A DNA stretch of 64,000 nt from Squalus acanthias (taxonomy: Eukaryota), in contig CM059431.1 of the NCBI GenBank assembly GCA_030390025.1, forward strand, positions 159,404,001 to 159,468,000, given 5' to 3'. A program made the translations under genes and the position numbers. Of this stretch, positions 52,651 to 64,000 are shown piece by piece. The notes below the pieces were generated by a model. That model ran no database searches and was not told the origin of the DNA. It was given only the letters and a program-made list of their open reading frames with translations. The stretch's first letter is position 1. Each line of letters opens with the position of its first letter.

Positions 52651-53544
52651 CTGGAAACACAATGCAGAAAGATTCAACCCAACATCTTGAGGTGCACCAT
52701 ATCAAGTTGTGTCTAATACTTGTAAGACAAATATGTCCAGCGCAGTTGTTACAATTCGGGATGCTATAGTTATTGATTTTACCAAATCAGCAGCTGCTGG
52801 ACACACCCTGCGTGTTGAGTTATCATCAATTCATGAGGTATTTAAAGAGCATTTTTGTTTCATTTCAGATTTCCAGCGTTTGCAGTTATTTCCTTGTTTT
52901 ACATTTTTAGGTTACATGATTTCATCGACAGAGTAATAGCACAACAGACTGATAAAGATCAAAAGAACCATTCACTCACCAAACTAATTCTGAACCTGAA
53001 TATCAGGATGTTTTAAGAGTATTACCAAAGGATAGATCCAATTAAAACAATAAATTTAATGCGGTAGATATGATACACTACAGTGTGCTTCATAAAAGAA
53101 TTACAAATCGAGAGAGTGGCATTCAAGGAGGAAATTATTCAATACGAGAGGTAGCAGTGGATTAAAAACAATGTAACGTTGAACCACTATTCAAAACAAT
53201 GACAAAACAAAGCTAGAAAACTGCAAATTTATTAGCTTTGCATCAAAGGCAAAGGGAGACATTCGGATCTTTACTTTATTTTGTTTAACGCAGAGGCTTG
53301 TAGGGACATGGAATTCCTCACGGGAGACAGAGATGGAATCAGATCTGTATTACTTTTTCAATGGAAAGTGAGCAAATATTTGAAAAAATGGAATAGAATA
53401 TTGGGAAAGGGCAGTGCCAAGTGGATAGCTCTCTCAGAGTGCCAGCGAAAATACCATAAGCCAATTGATCTCCTTCTGTGCTGTTAAAGTCCAATAGATT
53501 AATTTGAGTCTTCACCAAATGGCAGTAACTGACGGAGCTGATAA

Positions 53545-54145
53545 CCAACAATAACAACAACTTGTATTTATATAACGCCTTTAACGTAGTAAAACGTCCC
53601 AAGGCGCTTCACAGGAGTATTAGAAGAAAAATAAAATTGACACCGAGACACATAAGGAGGAATTAGGGCAGGTGACCAAAAGCTTGGTCAAAGAGGTAGG
53701 TTTTAAGGAGCGTCATAAACGAGGAAAGAGAGGTAGCGAGGCGGAGTGGTTTAGGCAGGGAATTGCAGATTTAGGGCCTAGGCATCAGAAGGCATGGCCA
53801 CCAAAGGTTCAGCGATTACAATGAGTGATGCTCAAGAGGCCAGGATTAGAGGAGCGCAGATATCTCGGGGGTGTTGTAGGGCTGAAGGAGATTACAGAGA
53901 TAGGGAGGGGCGAGGCCATGGAGGGATTTGAAAACAAGGATGATAATTTTGAAATAGAGGCGTTGCTTCACCGGGAGCCAATGTAGGTCAGCGAGCACAG
54001 GGGTGATGGGTGAACCGGTTGCCGAGTTTTGGGTGATCTCAAGTTTATGTCGGGTAGAATGTGGGAGGCCAGCCAGGAGTGCATTGGCATAGCCAAGTCT
54101 AGAAGTAACAAAGGCATGGATGGCGAATTCAGCAGCGGATGGGCT
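53545..54145 (-). mobile_element. L2 LINE 3' fragment
   Basis: caacaataacaacaacttgtatttatataacgcctttaacgtagtaaaacgtcccaaggcgcttcac tail; RT C-terminal remnants. Confidence 0.85.
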
Positions 54146-54347
54146 GTTAAACAGTCTGTTATTGAGACCGTCAGCCGTTCAGTCCATTAATTTCAACACA
54201 ATTACAATGGTGCAGCTTCTACAGTGGGCTTGTGGTCTCCCGGCCAAATTAGCAAGCAGTGAAGACGGAAATAAACCAGTATGTCTCAATTGAAATACTT
54301 GCCAACTTATCTGAATCGATCACTTGGGTAAAATAAAAATTGAGTAT

Positions 54348-55620
54348 AACCAACATCAACAACTTGCATTGATATAGCGCATTTAGCATAACAAAACGTT
54401 CCAAAGGGCTTCACAGGAGTGTTATCAGACACATTTGTAAACGAGTAACATGAGGACATGTTAACAGAGGTGACAACAAGCTTGGTCATAAACATAGATT
54501 TTAAGGAGCGTGTTAAAGGAGGAGCAAGCAGTCGAGAGGCGGAGTTGTTTAGGGGAGGAATTCCATAGCTTAGGGCCTGGGCAGCTAATGGTGGTCGATG
54601 GAAATTGTTGATGTACAAGAGGTCAGAATTAGGGGAACGCGGAGATTTCGGACGGTTGTAGTACTGGAGGAGCTTGCATAGAGGTGGAGGTGCTGCACAA
54701 GGGTCGCATTCGAGCACTGGGATAAGAATTTTAAATTCGAGGCGTTGCTAGAATGGACCTACTGTAGGCCAGATTACACATGGGTGAGCGAAACTTGTTG
54801 CGAATTAGGATACCGGTAGAAACGTTTTGGATAACTGAATTTTCCGGAGGGAGGAAGGTGAGATGCCGACCATTGGAGCATTGGAATACTCGAGTATGGA
54901 GTTTACAAAAGCATGAATGCCGGATTCAGTCGCTGATGGGCTGAGACGGGCATATTACGGAGGTGGAAGTAGAAGGTCTTGGTGATGGAGTGGATATGGA
55001 GTCGGAAGCTCAGCTCAGGGTCCAATAGGACACCGAGATTGCTAAATGTCTGATTCAGCCTGAGGCAGTGGCCAGGGAGAGGCATGGATTCGGTGGCTAT
55101 GGAACGGATTTTGTTGCGGGGAACGAAGGCAATGGCTTCAGTTTTCCCATTATTTCATTAGAGGATGTTTCTGCTCATCTAATCCTGGATGTTGGACAGG
55201 AAGCATGAAAACGCAGTGGCAGTGGAGGTGTCATAGAGGTGATGGTGATGCAGATCTGAGTGTCGTCAGCCTACATGTGGAACCTGACGTTGCGCTTTTG
55301 GAAGATGTCGCCAAGGGACAGCATGTAGATGAGAAAGAGGTGGGGGGAAAGGATGGATCCTTTGGGGACTCCAGAGGTAATGGTGCTGTAGCGATAAGAG
55401 ACGCCATTGCAGGAGATTCTCCGGCTATGACTGGATGGATAAGAATGGAAACAGGTGACGGCTGTCCCACCCAGCTGGACAACGAAGGAAAGGCGTTGGA
55501 GGAGGATGCTGTGGTCAACCGTATCAAAGGCTGCAGAAATGTCGAGAAGGATGAGGAAGGATAGATCGCCACGGTCACATTCACATAGGATGTCATTTGT
55601 AACTTTGATTAGGGCCGTTT
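54348..55620 (-). mobile_element. L2 LINE fragment with RT
   Basis: TALIKVTNDIL..LLDISAAFDTVDH..GVPKGSILSP; L2 tail at ~54350-54420. Confidence 0.85.
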
Positions 55621-56735
55621 GGGAGGCTACCACACGAAAATAACCAGGGCGTATGGATTCAAAGGGGTGAATTTCTGTGTGAATAAACCGATTATCCTTT
55701 GTGAGGAAGTGAACGATAGGAGCCCGATGTTATAACATAGTTATGATTCTTTTAAACCTTCAATGAAGATTCACTTGAAAAACGGCTACACAGTCTACCT
55801 AGGTGAAACTTGGAATGGACGAGGAATTGTGTAAAACAGAGGAATTAATCGTATTCATAAGGTGAGTGATGTTAAGGGGAGTTAGATTGAATGGATCGTT
55901 CTAAAGATCGTTGTTTCCCACTAATATTTATATTTACCATAACCTACCTGAATTCTGAAGTGCAACACAAATTGGTCAAAATTGGAAGAACATATTAAAT
56001 TAGGAGTTAAAATCCAGATGGATGAGGCAGCCAAGGTACTACAGAGGAACATAGGCAAAACGTTGAGGTGAATAGAATTATGACAGGTGAAATTCAATGA
56101 GCATGGTTGCGAGATGGACAGATTGAAAATTGAGCAGATATTCAATTTGGAACTTGTGAAGGGGAGGGACTGAAAGGACTTGAAGTGCCAATAGGCTCAA
56201 GATGACCGCAGGAACCCAGGATGGAGTTGTACCCCTGGGGCCACATATCCAGAACTTGCATTTTTATAATTAATTGTCCATCCACAATGGTGTGCAGCTT
56301 GCCAACATACAACATGGGCATGGGGTACAAAAGCCAAAAAAAACACCTGCCCCATGACGAAATATGGCAGAAAACTTATCAGTAAAGCAAAGAGAGTGCA
56401 AATTATTTTTCAAATCGCTAGTTATGATTTGACGCTGAATTGCATTATGGTCAGGACACATATCGGGTACCTGATTCAGTTCTGATTATTTAAGCACAGA
56501 GGAAACATCCAAGACCTAGAAGTTGTACAGAGAACGGCGACCAAGCTAATTGTAATTATCAGAATTATGAGGGAAGGTTGCGTAAATACATATACTACAG
56601 ACTTGAAAAGCGATCTTAGGACACGTTTCAGTGGACCGCAAAATCCCAGAAGTAAATTGCAATGACCCTTTGATTCTGAATTTGACGTTTCAGTTCGAAA
56701 TCGTTAACAATGCCAAACGCTGGTATCCAATTTAC

Positions 56736-56902
56736 CTGATATTCTATGTCATCAATTACATCTTTATTCAGTAACGCCAAACCAACAGAATCAGCAAATT
56801 CTTCAATAGCGTCTTCCAATCTCTGACGGTAGAATTCTGTGATTCTACGAAGATCAATGTCTCTGAAACTTGCCAGTAGTTCGTTTATTTGAGCCTCAGG
56901 GT
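56736..56902 (-). CDS. NLR gene coding exon 2 (first half of CARD/death-fold-like domain)
   Basis: Polypyrimidine acceptor ttctttctcctttatctctcgactgtAG, donor CAG|GTAAAT, 167 nt, phase 1-0; DPEAQINELLASFRDIDLRRITEFYRQRLEDAIEEFADSVGLALLNKDVIDDIEYQ. Confidence 0.85.
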
Positions 56903-57824
56903 CTACAGTCGAGAGATAAAGGAGAAAGAAAAATGACTACAATAAAAATAACGGACCAGAATTTGCTCTGGGAATACGCTAAATTTGCTTGCGCATGCGC
57001 TAAATCCCGGACTTGCGATCTTCCAATGTACGCATTGACAGATCATCTGCACCAGCAAAGAAAAATCAATTTCTGGCGCAGAGTTGGGCTATTTTCCCAG
57101 CAATTACATACGAAAATGTTACGCTTGATGCAAGCAGACGCAGGGCCTGTTTGCATCAGCGTAAGTGAAAACCTTATGCATATTTTAACCATTTTCAGCT
57201 CGGAAATCAGATTGTTTAATTGAATCACGTGAGTTTTTTCTGTTTCTGCAAAGATTAGAGTTTTTAATGATGTCGATAATTATTATCAACAAAATTATTT
57301 TTTTACTAATCTACTAAGATTTAGTAGAACTGGTGGAAAGCAGCTAGCATGCAGAATGCTACAATTGCCATAAGCTGCACTTTTTGTGTACAAGTAAAAT
57401 ATTTAAGAAGTTTTAGGAACAGTTTTGGCAAGGGACCAGCAGGAGATAGAAGAGCCACTTATTTTCAAAAAAGTAGCATTTATCAGGTGTAACAATGAAT
57501 TGATATAATTTAGGAGCGCAGGCAAAGTGGTCGGTGATGTTTCGAGTTAACCTAAAGCCGAGGCGTCACACATATTTCACCGCAGAAAACATAGCTGCAA
57601 CAAGATTGAGTCGAAGATTTGGTAGAGCTACAAAAATGAAATATGAATATTTCTATAACATTTAGATTACATTTAACTTCATTGCTGATGATAAACGATT
57701 TCGCAGTCTCAGATCAGTTGCAAATCACAACAGAATGAGAAGAGACTGAAAACACAGATTGAGGTATACTGATTAAATTTTAAATACCGGCGATATATCA
57801 GGTCAACACAAAGAGTAATCTGAC

Positions 57825-58356
57825 CGGATGTGCGTGCGCGTCTGTCATATCCGCCGGGAGATTTTTCTTCCAGTCCCGGATGTAATTCATCATTGGCTCT
57901 GTGTGTGGGTCTGATATCACTGTAATTTTTCGTGGTGAGCAGAGTTTCTGCAGGACCATTTTCCTCTTGGTCCTGATTCGATATTTCAGACTTGGCAGTT
58001 ACAGGGCTACTCTTTGTAGATGTATTGCCATGAGATTCTATCCCGGTGCGAAGCCTTTGTTCCGGTTCTGTGTTGGGATATTTAACCGTTTCATCAGCTG
58101 TGATTGTGCTTCTGTTATTTCCTGTAGAGGTATCATGCTTATCGTACTTTTCTTTATCACTCTTACTGAAAAAGTTGCGTAAGGATCTATATTTGCCTTC
58201 TAATTTGTTATGCTTTCGGTCGCCTGGCTGTTTCTGCCGATGTTCACTGATAGCAGACGTATTTACGTCGCCTGGTTCATTACAACTACGAGAGGGCGTG
58301 GTCTTTTTTTTAGGCGTTGTTTTTGTCCGGGATCCCACATTCGGATTCTCAGCCAT
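57825..58356 (-). CDS. NLR gene coding exon 1 (low-complexity N-terminal extension; exon begins at 58385)
   Basis: Acceptor attgttttAG at 58387-58386; in-frame TAA upstream of atcATGg at 58356; donor G|GTCAGA, phase 1 matching the next exon; S/T/K/E/N-rich, 177 aa. Confidence 0.7.
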
Positions 58357-58750
58357 GATGTCACCTCACGGAGAAGCTTATTTTTCTAAAACAATGATTC
58401 AAATCGTCAACATTAATATTCGTATTCCTGATGTTACAGGATGTAACTGAGCAGGATATATTTTAATAAATACTTCAAAAACTTCACACGTTCCATAAAT
58501 TATTACCCTTATTTTGAAGCAGTATTGACGGCATTCACAAAATTTATGTTCAATAACAATCATAAATAACAAATCCATAAAATTATCTTGCCATATGAAT
58601 AATTTTGAAGCCAAATAACATGCATGAATCGAAGGCTGCTGAGCTTTTGTATCATAGGCCCTAGAGCCTAATCCGGCAGACAACGAGATCATGGCTGATC
58701 TGTAAACTAACTGCATCCATCTGCCTTTACCCGGCATCAATTTTACACCT

Positions 58751-60085
58751 TAGAGTCATAGAGTCATAACGGCACAGAAGGAGGCAATTCGGCCCAACGT
58801 GTCAGTGCCCGCTCTCTATAGAGGAATCTAGTGAGTACCATTCCCCCGCTCTATCCTCGTAGGCCTGCAAGTTTATTTCCCTCAAATGCCTATCCAGTCT
58901 CCCCTTGAAAACATTGAGTGTCTCCGCTTCCACCACTTCCGTCGGCAGCGAGCTCCATGTTCTCACCACTCACTGCGTAAAAAAGTTCTTCCTCACATCC
59001 CCCCTGTATCTCATGCCCAAAATCTTGAATCTGTGTCCCCTAGTCCTTGTAACATCAATTAGTGGGAACAGCCTTTCTCCGTCTAGCCTCTCAAAACCCG
59101 TCATAATCTTGTACACCTCTTTCAAGTCAGCCGTCAACCTCCATTGCTCCAATTAAAACAAATCCAGCTTCTCCAACCTGTCCTTGTAGCTAAGATCCCC
59201 CATCCCTGGAAGCATTCCAGTAAATATCCGCTGCGCCCTCTCAAGGGCTTTCACATCCTTCCTGAAGTGTGATGACAAGAACTGGATGCAATAATCCAGT
59301 TGTGGCCTAACCAGCGCTTTATAAAGGCTCAGCATAACGTCTCTACTTTTGTACTCAATACCTCTACTTATGAAGCCCAAGATACCATATGTTGTGCTGA
59401 CCACTCTCTCAGTACGTCCTGCCACCTTCAGGGACCTATGCACATTAACTTCCAGGGCCCTCTGTCCCTGTACACTCTTTCAAACTGTTCCATTAAGTGG
59501 ACATTGCCTCTCCCTGTTCCTTCTGCCAAAAAGCATCATATCAATCTTCTCTCTATTAAATTCCATCTGCCACGTGTCTGCCCATTTTGCTAGCGTTCCT
59601 ATGTGCTGTTGCTGTCGACTGGTATCTTCCTCACTTTTTTCCTCACCCCAAGTTTGGTGTCATCGGCAAATTTAGAAATTCTACTCTGTATTCCAATATC
59701 CAGGTCATTTATATATATCAAAAAAGCAGTTGCCCCAGCACTGACCCTTGGGAAACACCACTGTCTACCATCCTCCAGTCTGAAAAACAGTCATTTACCA
59801 CAACTCGCTGTTTTATGTCCTTAAACCAATTCATTTTCCAAGCTGCCACTGACACACCTATTCCATGAGCCTCAATTTTGTTAACCAGCATTCTATGTGG
59901 TACTTTGTCATACGCCTTCCTAAAATCCGTGTAGACAACATTCATTGGAATACCTTCATCGATCCTCCCTGTTACTTCATCAAACATTTCAATTAGATTA
60001 GTCAAACATGATCTGCCTTTTACAAATCCGTGTTGGCTCTCCTTAATTAGCTTAAACCTCTCGAAGTGCCCGTTATTTTTTTCCT
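58751..60085 (-). mobile_element. CR1 family A, 5'-truncated, nested in another CR1
   Basis: (tagagtca) tail; RT fragments DFRKAYDKVPH, RPQLDYC. Confidence 0.88.
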
Positions 60086-60087
60086 TC

Positions 60088-61140
60088 CTCCAGCAAAAAT
60101 ATATTCACAGATTTAAAATTATTAATTTAGCTAGCATCTACTGCTTTTTGTGGGAGATAACTAAGCACTTCTACCACCCTTTGCATGAAGAAGTGTTTCC
60201 TAACTTCTCTTCTGAATGGCCTGGCTTTGAATTTAATGCTATGTCCCTTTATCCAAGACACACCCACCAGCAGAAAAAGTTTCGCTCCATCTACCCTATC
60301 AATTACTTTCAAAATCCTAAAAAGCTCAATCAAATTATCCCTTAACCTTCTATATTCCAAAGAATACAAGTCTACTTTAGGTAATCTCTCATAATAATCT
60401 AACCCTTGGAGCCCTGGTAACATTCTGGTGAATGTGCGCAGTACTTCTTTCAAGGCCAATATATCCTTTCTAAGGTGCGGTGCCCAGAACGGTACACAAT
60501 ATTCTAGACATGGTCGAACCATTTATATTCTAGCCTTCTGTTTATAGAGGCTGACATCTCAATAGCCTTTTTGATTATGTTTTACCTCACTACTACATTT
60601 TAGTGATCTGCGTAAATGACCTCCTAAATCTCGTTGAATCTCCAGTGTACCTGGCTTGTTGCCATTTAAATAATAATCGGAAATATTCTTTTTTGTTCCA
60701 AAATTGATGATCTCACCATTACCGGCCTTGAAATCCACCTGGCACCATTTCGGCCACATACTTAATCTATCAATGCCTCGTTGGAATGTTATGCTCCCGT
60801 CTACACGAAGTACTATACCACCAATCTTGTGTCATCGGCAAACTTGAATATATGACTCTCCACTGTGTTATCTAAGTTATTAATAAATATATTGAATAGG
60901 TGAGGCCCCTGTCGCAGATCTTTCTGGGACAAAGCTAGTCACTTCCTTCCAATTCGCATAAACACACGTTATACCTATTCTCTGTCTTCTACCGTCTAAC
61001 CAGCCTCCGAACCAGGTCAATAATTTGCCTTCAATTCCATGATCTTTAATTTTAGCTAACAGTCTGTTATGTGTAACCTTATTGAAAACCTTTTGGAAGT
61101 CCATATAAGCTGGCTGCATAGACATTTCTCCTGTCTACTA
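60088..61140 (-). mobile_element. CR1 family D-like fragment (its 3' end lies at ~58650-58750)
   Basis: YMDFQKVFNKV, RPCLEYC, RRLRDNLIE. Confidence 0.8.
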
Positions 61141-61269
61141 TGACTTACTGTCTACTGCTAATATATGTCGTTGTTTAATTGTTTGAACCGCCTGCTAGTT
61201 TCTCCAAGATCCGTGAACGCGGTGTCACCTCAGATATCTATACCCAGCATTTCTTCAACTCATTGCTGA

Positions 61270-61885
61270 TCCATTCAATCTGGTTTCTGCCGGTGCCGCC
61301 GCACTGAAACGGTGCAAACCTCAGCACATCTTCCATTCAAACCAAATTCATGCCTTTGTCACCTCCAGACACCATTACTACAATGCATCTGTTTCCGACC
61401 TCCCATCCATTTCCGTCCATAAGCGTTAATTCATCCAAAACTATTCTGCCCATATCCGAAACCAAACAAGGACTCACGCGTCTTAATGGGCCTACATTGG
61501 TTCGTAATGCATTCGTGCCACAAATTTAAATTTATCATTCCTGTGTTTAAACCCGTCCATCATTTCATCATTCCCTATCTCTACAATATTGTGCGCACAA
61601 TTTCTCTGAAAGTACACATTTTTCCTAACACCACCCTCGTGTTCCATCGCCCTAACATTCTTCAGCCTGTGTCTTGAGCCACGTAGGTGACACTCTCTGG
61701 AATCTTTACCTTTCTCCAACTCCTACTTTCTGTCACTTCTTCAATGCCACACCTTTGGCCAAACTTTTGGCCACCTGTTGTAATAACTGCTTTTTTCCAC
61801 ATTCCATTTTGCCGCCCATTCTGTGAAGGGTCTTCAACTATGTTTTCTACCTTAAAGAAGCGATATACATACTTACACTATGTTG
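61270..61885 (+). mobile_element. Old L2 3' fragment
   Basis: ttcatgcctttgtcacctccagac..tacaatgc (HAFVTSR-like); degenerate L2 3' end. Confidence 0.6.
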
Positions 61886-62211
61886 TTTATTTGCGTTATA
61901 GAAGGCATGGAGTAATACCTTCGAGACAAAAGGGGTTATTATAAGAGCTATGAAAAGTTCAAAATATTGTAAAATATGAAAACATTTGAAAGAAGCAGTA
62001 AAATGACGAGCAAAATGGAGATTAAATTAATAATCAGTTGTTGCTGATGCATAGAAATAACATTTCTTTCAAATGTTGGGCACTGGATGTCTCCACCTCT
62101 TCAGCAGACCGAGGACGTGATGTGTCCCTCCGGTTAACGATTCCCTTTGCCTCTCTTGAAACTTGCAAGAGCTGCTGCTTACTTCTGCTCAGTCAATCCT
62201 CCCCAGTGCAT

Positions 62212-62980
62212 ACCAATAACAAGAAATTGTATTTATATAGTGCGTCCAATGCAGTAAAACGTCCCAAGGCGCTTCACAGGAGCGTTACCAAACAAAATTT
62301 GACACCGGGCAACATAAGGAGATTTTAGGGCAGATGACCAAAGGCTTGGTCAAAGACATAGGTTTTAAGGAGCTTATTAAATGAGGAAAGAGATGTTGAA
62401 AGGCGCAGAGATTCAGGGAGGGAATGACAAATCTTAGGGACTTGGCCGCCAATGGTGGAACGATAAAATCTCGGATGCTTAAGAGGGCAGAATTGGAGAA
62501 ACACAGATATATCGGAGGGCTGTAGGGCTGGAGGAGATTACCCAAATAGGGAGGGATTTGAAAACAAGAATGAGAATTTTAAAATCGAGGCGATTTCTTA
62601 ACCGAGAGCCAAAGAAGGTCAGCGAATACAGGGCTGATGGGTCAACAGGACTTGGTGAGAGTTAGGACCCGGCAGCAGAATATTGGATAAACTCAATTTC
62701 CGGTGTGTAGAAAGTGGGAGGGCGGATAGGAATGCGTTGGAATAGTTAGGTCTAGAGGTAACAAGAGCACGGATGAAGGTTTCAGCAGCAGGTGAACTGA
62801 AGCAGGGGCGGAATTGGGCGATGTTACAGAGGTGGAAATAGGAAGTATTAGCGCGGATATGTGGGCGCAAATTCATATCGGTGTCAGATATGGCACCAAC
62901 GTTAGGAATAATCTGGTTCAGCCTAAGACAGTTGCCGGGCAGAGGGATTGAGTCGATGGCCAGGGAACAGAGTTCGTGGC
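62212..62980 (-). mobile_element. L2 LINE 3' fragment
   Basis: FHLCNIAQFRPCFSSPAAETFIRALVTSRPNYSNA; L2 tail aaaacgtcccaaggcgcttcac. Confidence 0.82.
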
Positions 62981-62994
62981 AGCCTCACACTTAC

Positions 62995-63460
62995 CATCTC
63001 GCCACATGGCATGCCAATTTCGATGCTGGTGCGTTGTATTGCGAGAGCGAGTAACCAAGCATTCTCATCACGTTTTGTTTATCGTCAACCTGGCGTCGCA
63101 ATGTTGATCAAGTCTTCAAATTAATCTAGTAAAAGGGGAGAGGGAGACGTGTTAGGATAAAGCTGTTAAGGAAAATATTGGAAACCAGCGGCCTCTCCAT
63201 GAATCAGCAAGTTATCAAAGGTCAGTGAGTGCATGACTGAAAGAAGTAGCAGAAGAATAGGAAGATAAGCTGTCAACACAATCTGCTGTGCCAAGCCTCT
63301 GGCCTCGGTACATCCGATCCTGACTCATGTGCAGCTTTCTATTATTTATATCGCAGCCTGTTCCATAGAGCGAGTGTCTGCTGTGTGGTGAGAATTTCCG
63401 CGTTGCCGTTTGCCTGTCTTCTATTGTGTGACAGGTTCTGCTACAAGAGCAAATGAAACT
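62995..63460 (-). promoter_or_regulatory. Candidate NLR promoter and non-coding first exon
   Basis: Donor ATG|GTAAGT at 62995/62994; minus-strand TATAAA 63350-63345; AP-1 TGACTCA 63321-63327; kB-like GGAAATTCTC 63399-63390; IRF-like CAAATGAAACT 63450-63460; non-repetitive island among TEs. Confidence 0.45.
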
Positions 63461-63589
63461 CGGTTAACATGTGTTCTGGGAAAGGGTGTTCTATCCTTTC
63501 CATACATTAGGCACTTTACCATATGGAGCTCGAGTGAAGAGCACAGCAAAGAGAGAACTGAATTGTCGGCCATTGCTCAGGTGTTAATT

Positions 63590-64000
63590 AAACATAAGAA
63601 CATAAGACGAAGTTCTGACGAAGGGTCATCGACCTGAAACGTTAACTCTGTTTCTCTCTCCACAGATGCTGCCTGACCTGCTGAGTATTTCCAGCATTTT
63701 CTGTTTTTATTTAAGAACATAAGAATTAGGAGTAGGAGTAGGCCATTCAATAAGGTCATGGCTGATCTTCTACCTCAACTCCACCTTCCCGCCCGATCAC
63801 CATATCCCGTGATGTCCCTAGAGTCCAAATATCTATCTATATCAGCCTAGAATAGACTCAACGACTCAGCATTCACATCCCTTTCGGGTAGAGAATTCCA
63901 AAGATTCACAACCCTCTGAATGAAGAAATTCCTCCTCCTCTTAGTCCTAAATGGACAACCCCTTATCTTGAGACTATGTGCCCTAGTTCTTCACTCTCCA
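63590..64000 (-). mobile_element. CR1 (family C-like) 3' end, running off the window
   Basis: (aacataag)n tail; ggagtaggccattc; gagaattccaaagattcacaaccctctg. Confidence 0.85.
63608..63711 (+). mobile_element. Minimal PLE-1 insertion (~104 bp) beginning just upstream of a hammerhead core
   Basis: agtt-ctgacga-a-gggtc-atc-gacct-gaaa-cgtt-aact at 63611-63647; direct repeat taagaacataaga at 63595-63607 and 63712-63724, within a CR1 tail. Confidence 0.75.

Overview
Eukaryotic, transposon-dominated genomic DNA, most likely from a cartilaginous fish (inferred from an HE1-like V-SINE, a Deu-like SINE, CR1/L2 families and the NLR gene style). One intact protein-coding gene can be reconstructed on the minus strand: a NOD-like receptor with 7 coding exons (58356->36907, 2937 nt, 978 aa, all GT-AG and phase-consistent). 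It comprises a ~177-aa low-complexity N-terminal extension, a CARD/death-fold-like domain, a NACHT ATPase and a short LRR region, with a candidate non-coding first exon and promoter near 63.0-63.5 kb. The rest is mostly nested mobile DNA: many decayed CR1 and L2 LINEs, SINEs, Harbinger-type MITEs and a decayed two-gene Harbinger transposon. The most unusual structures are five short insertions from two families carrying minimal hammerhead-ribozyme cores (CUGANGA-stem-GAAA), resembling Penelope-like element termini. Three are fold-back palindromes with target-site duplications, and one near-perfect ~430-bp palindrome sits in the probable 3' UTR of the NLR gene. TE family labels (A, B, H1, etc.) are my own visual groupings and many TE boundaries are approximate.
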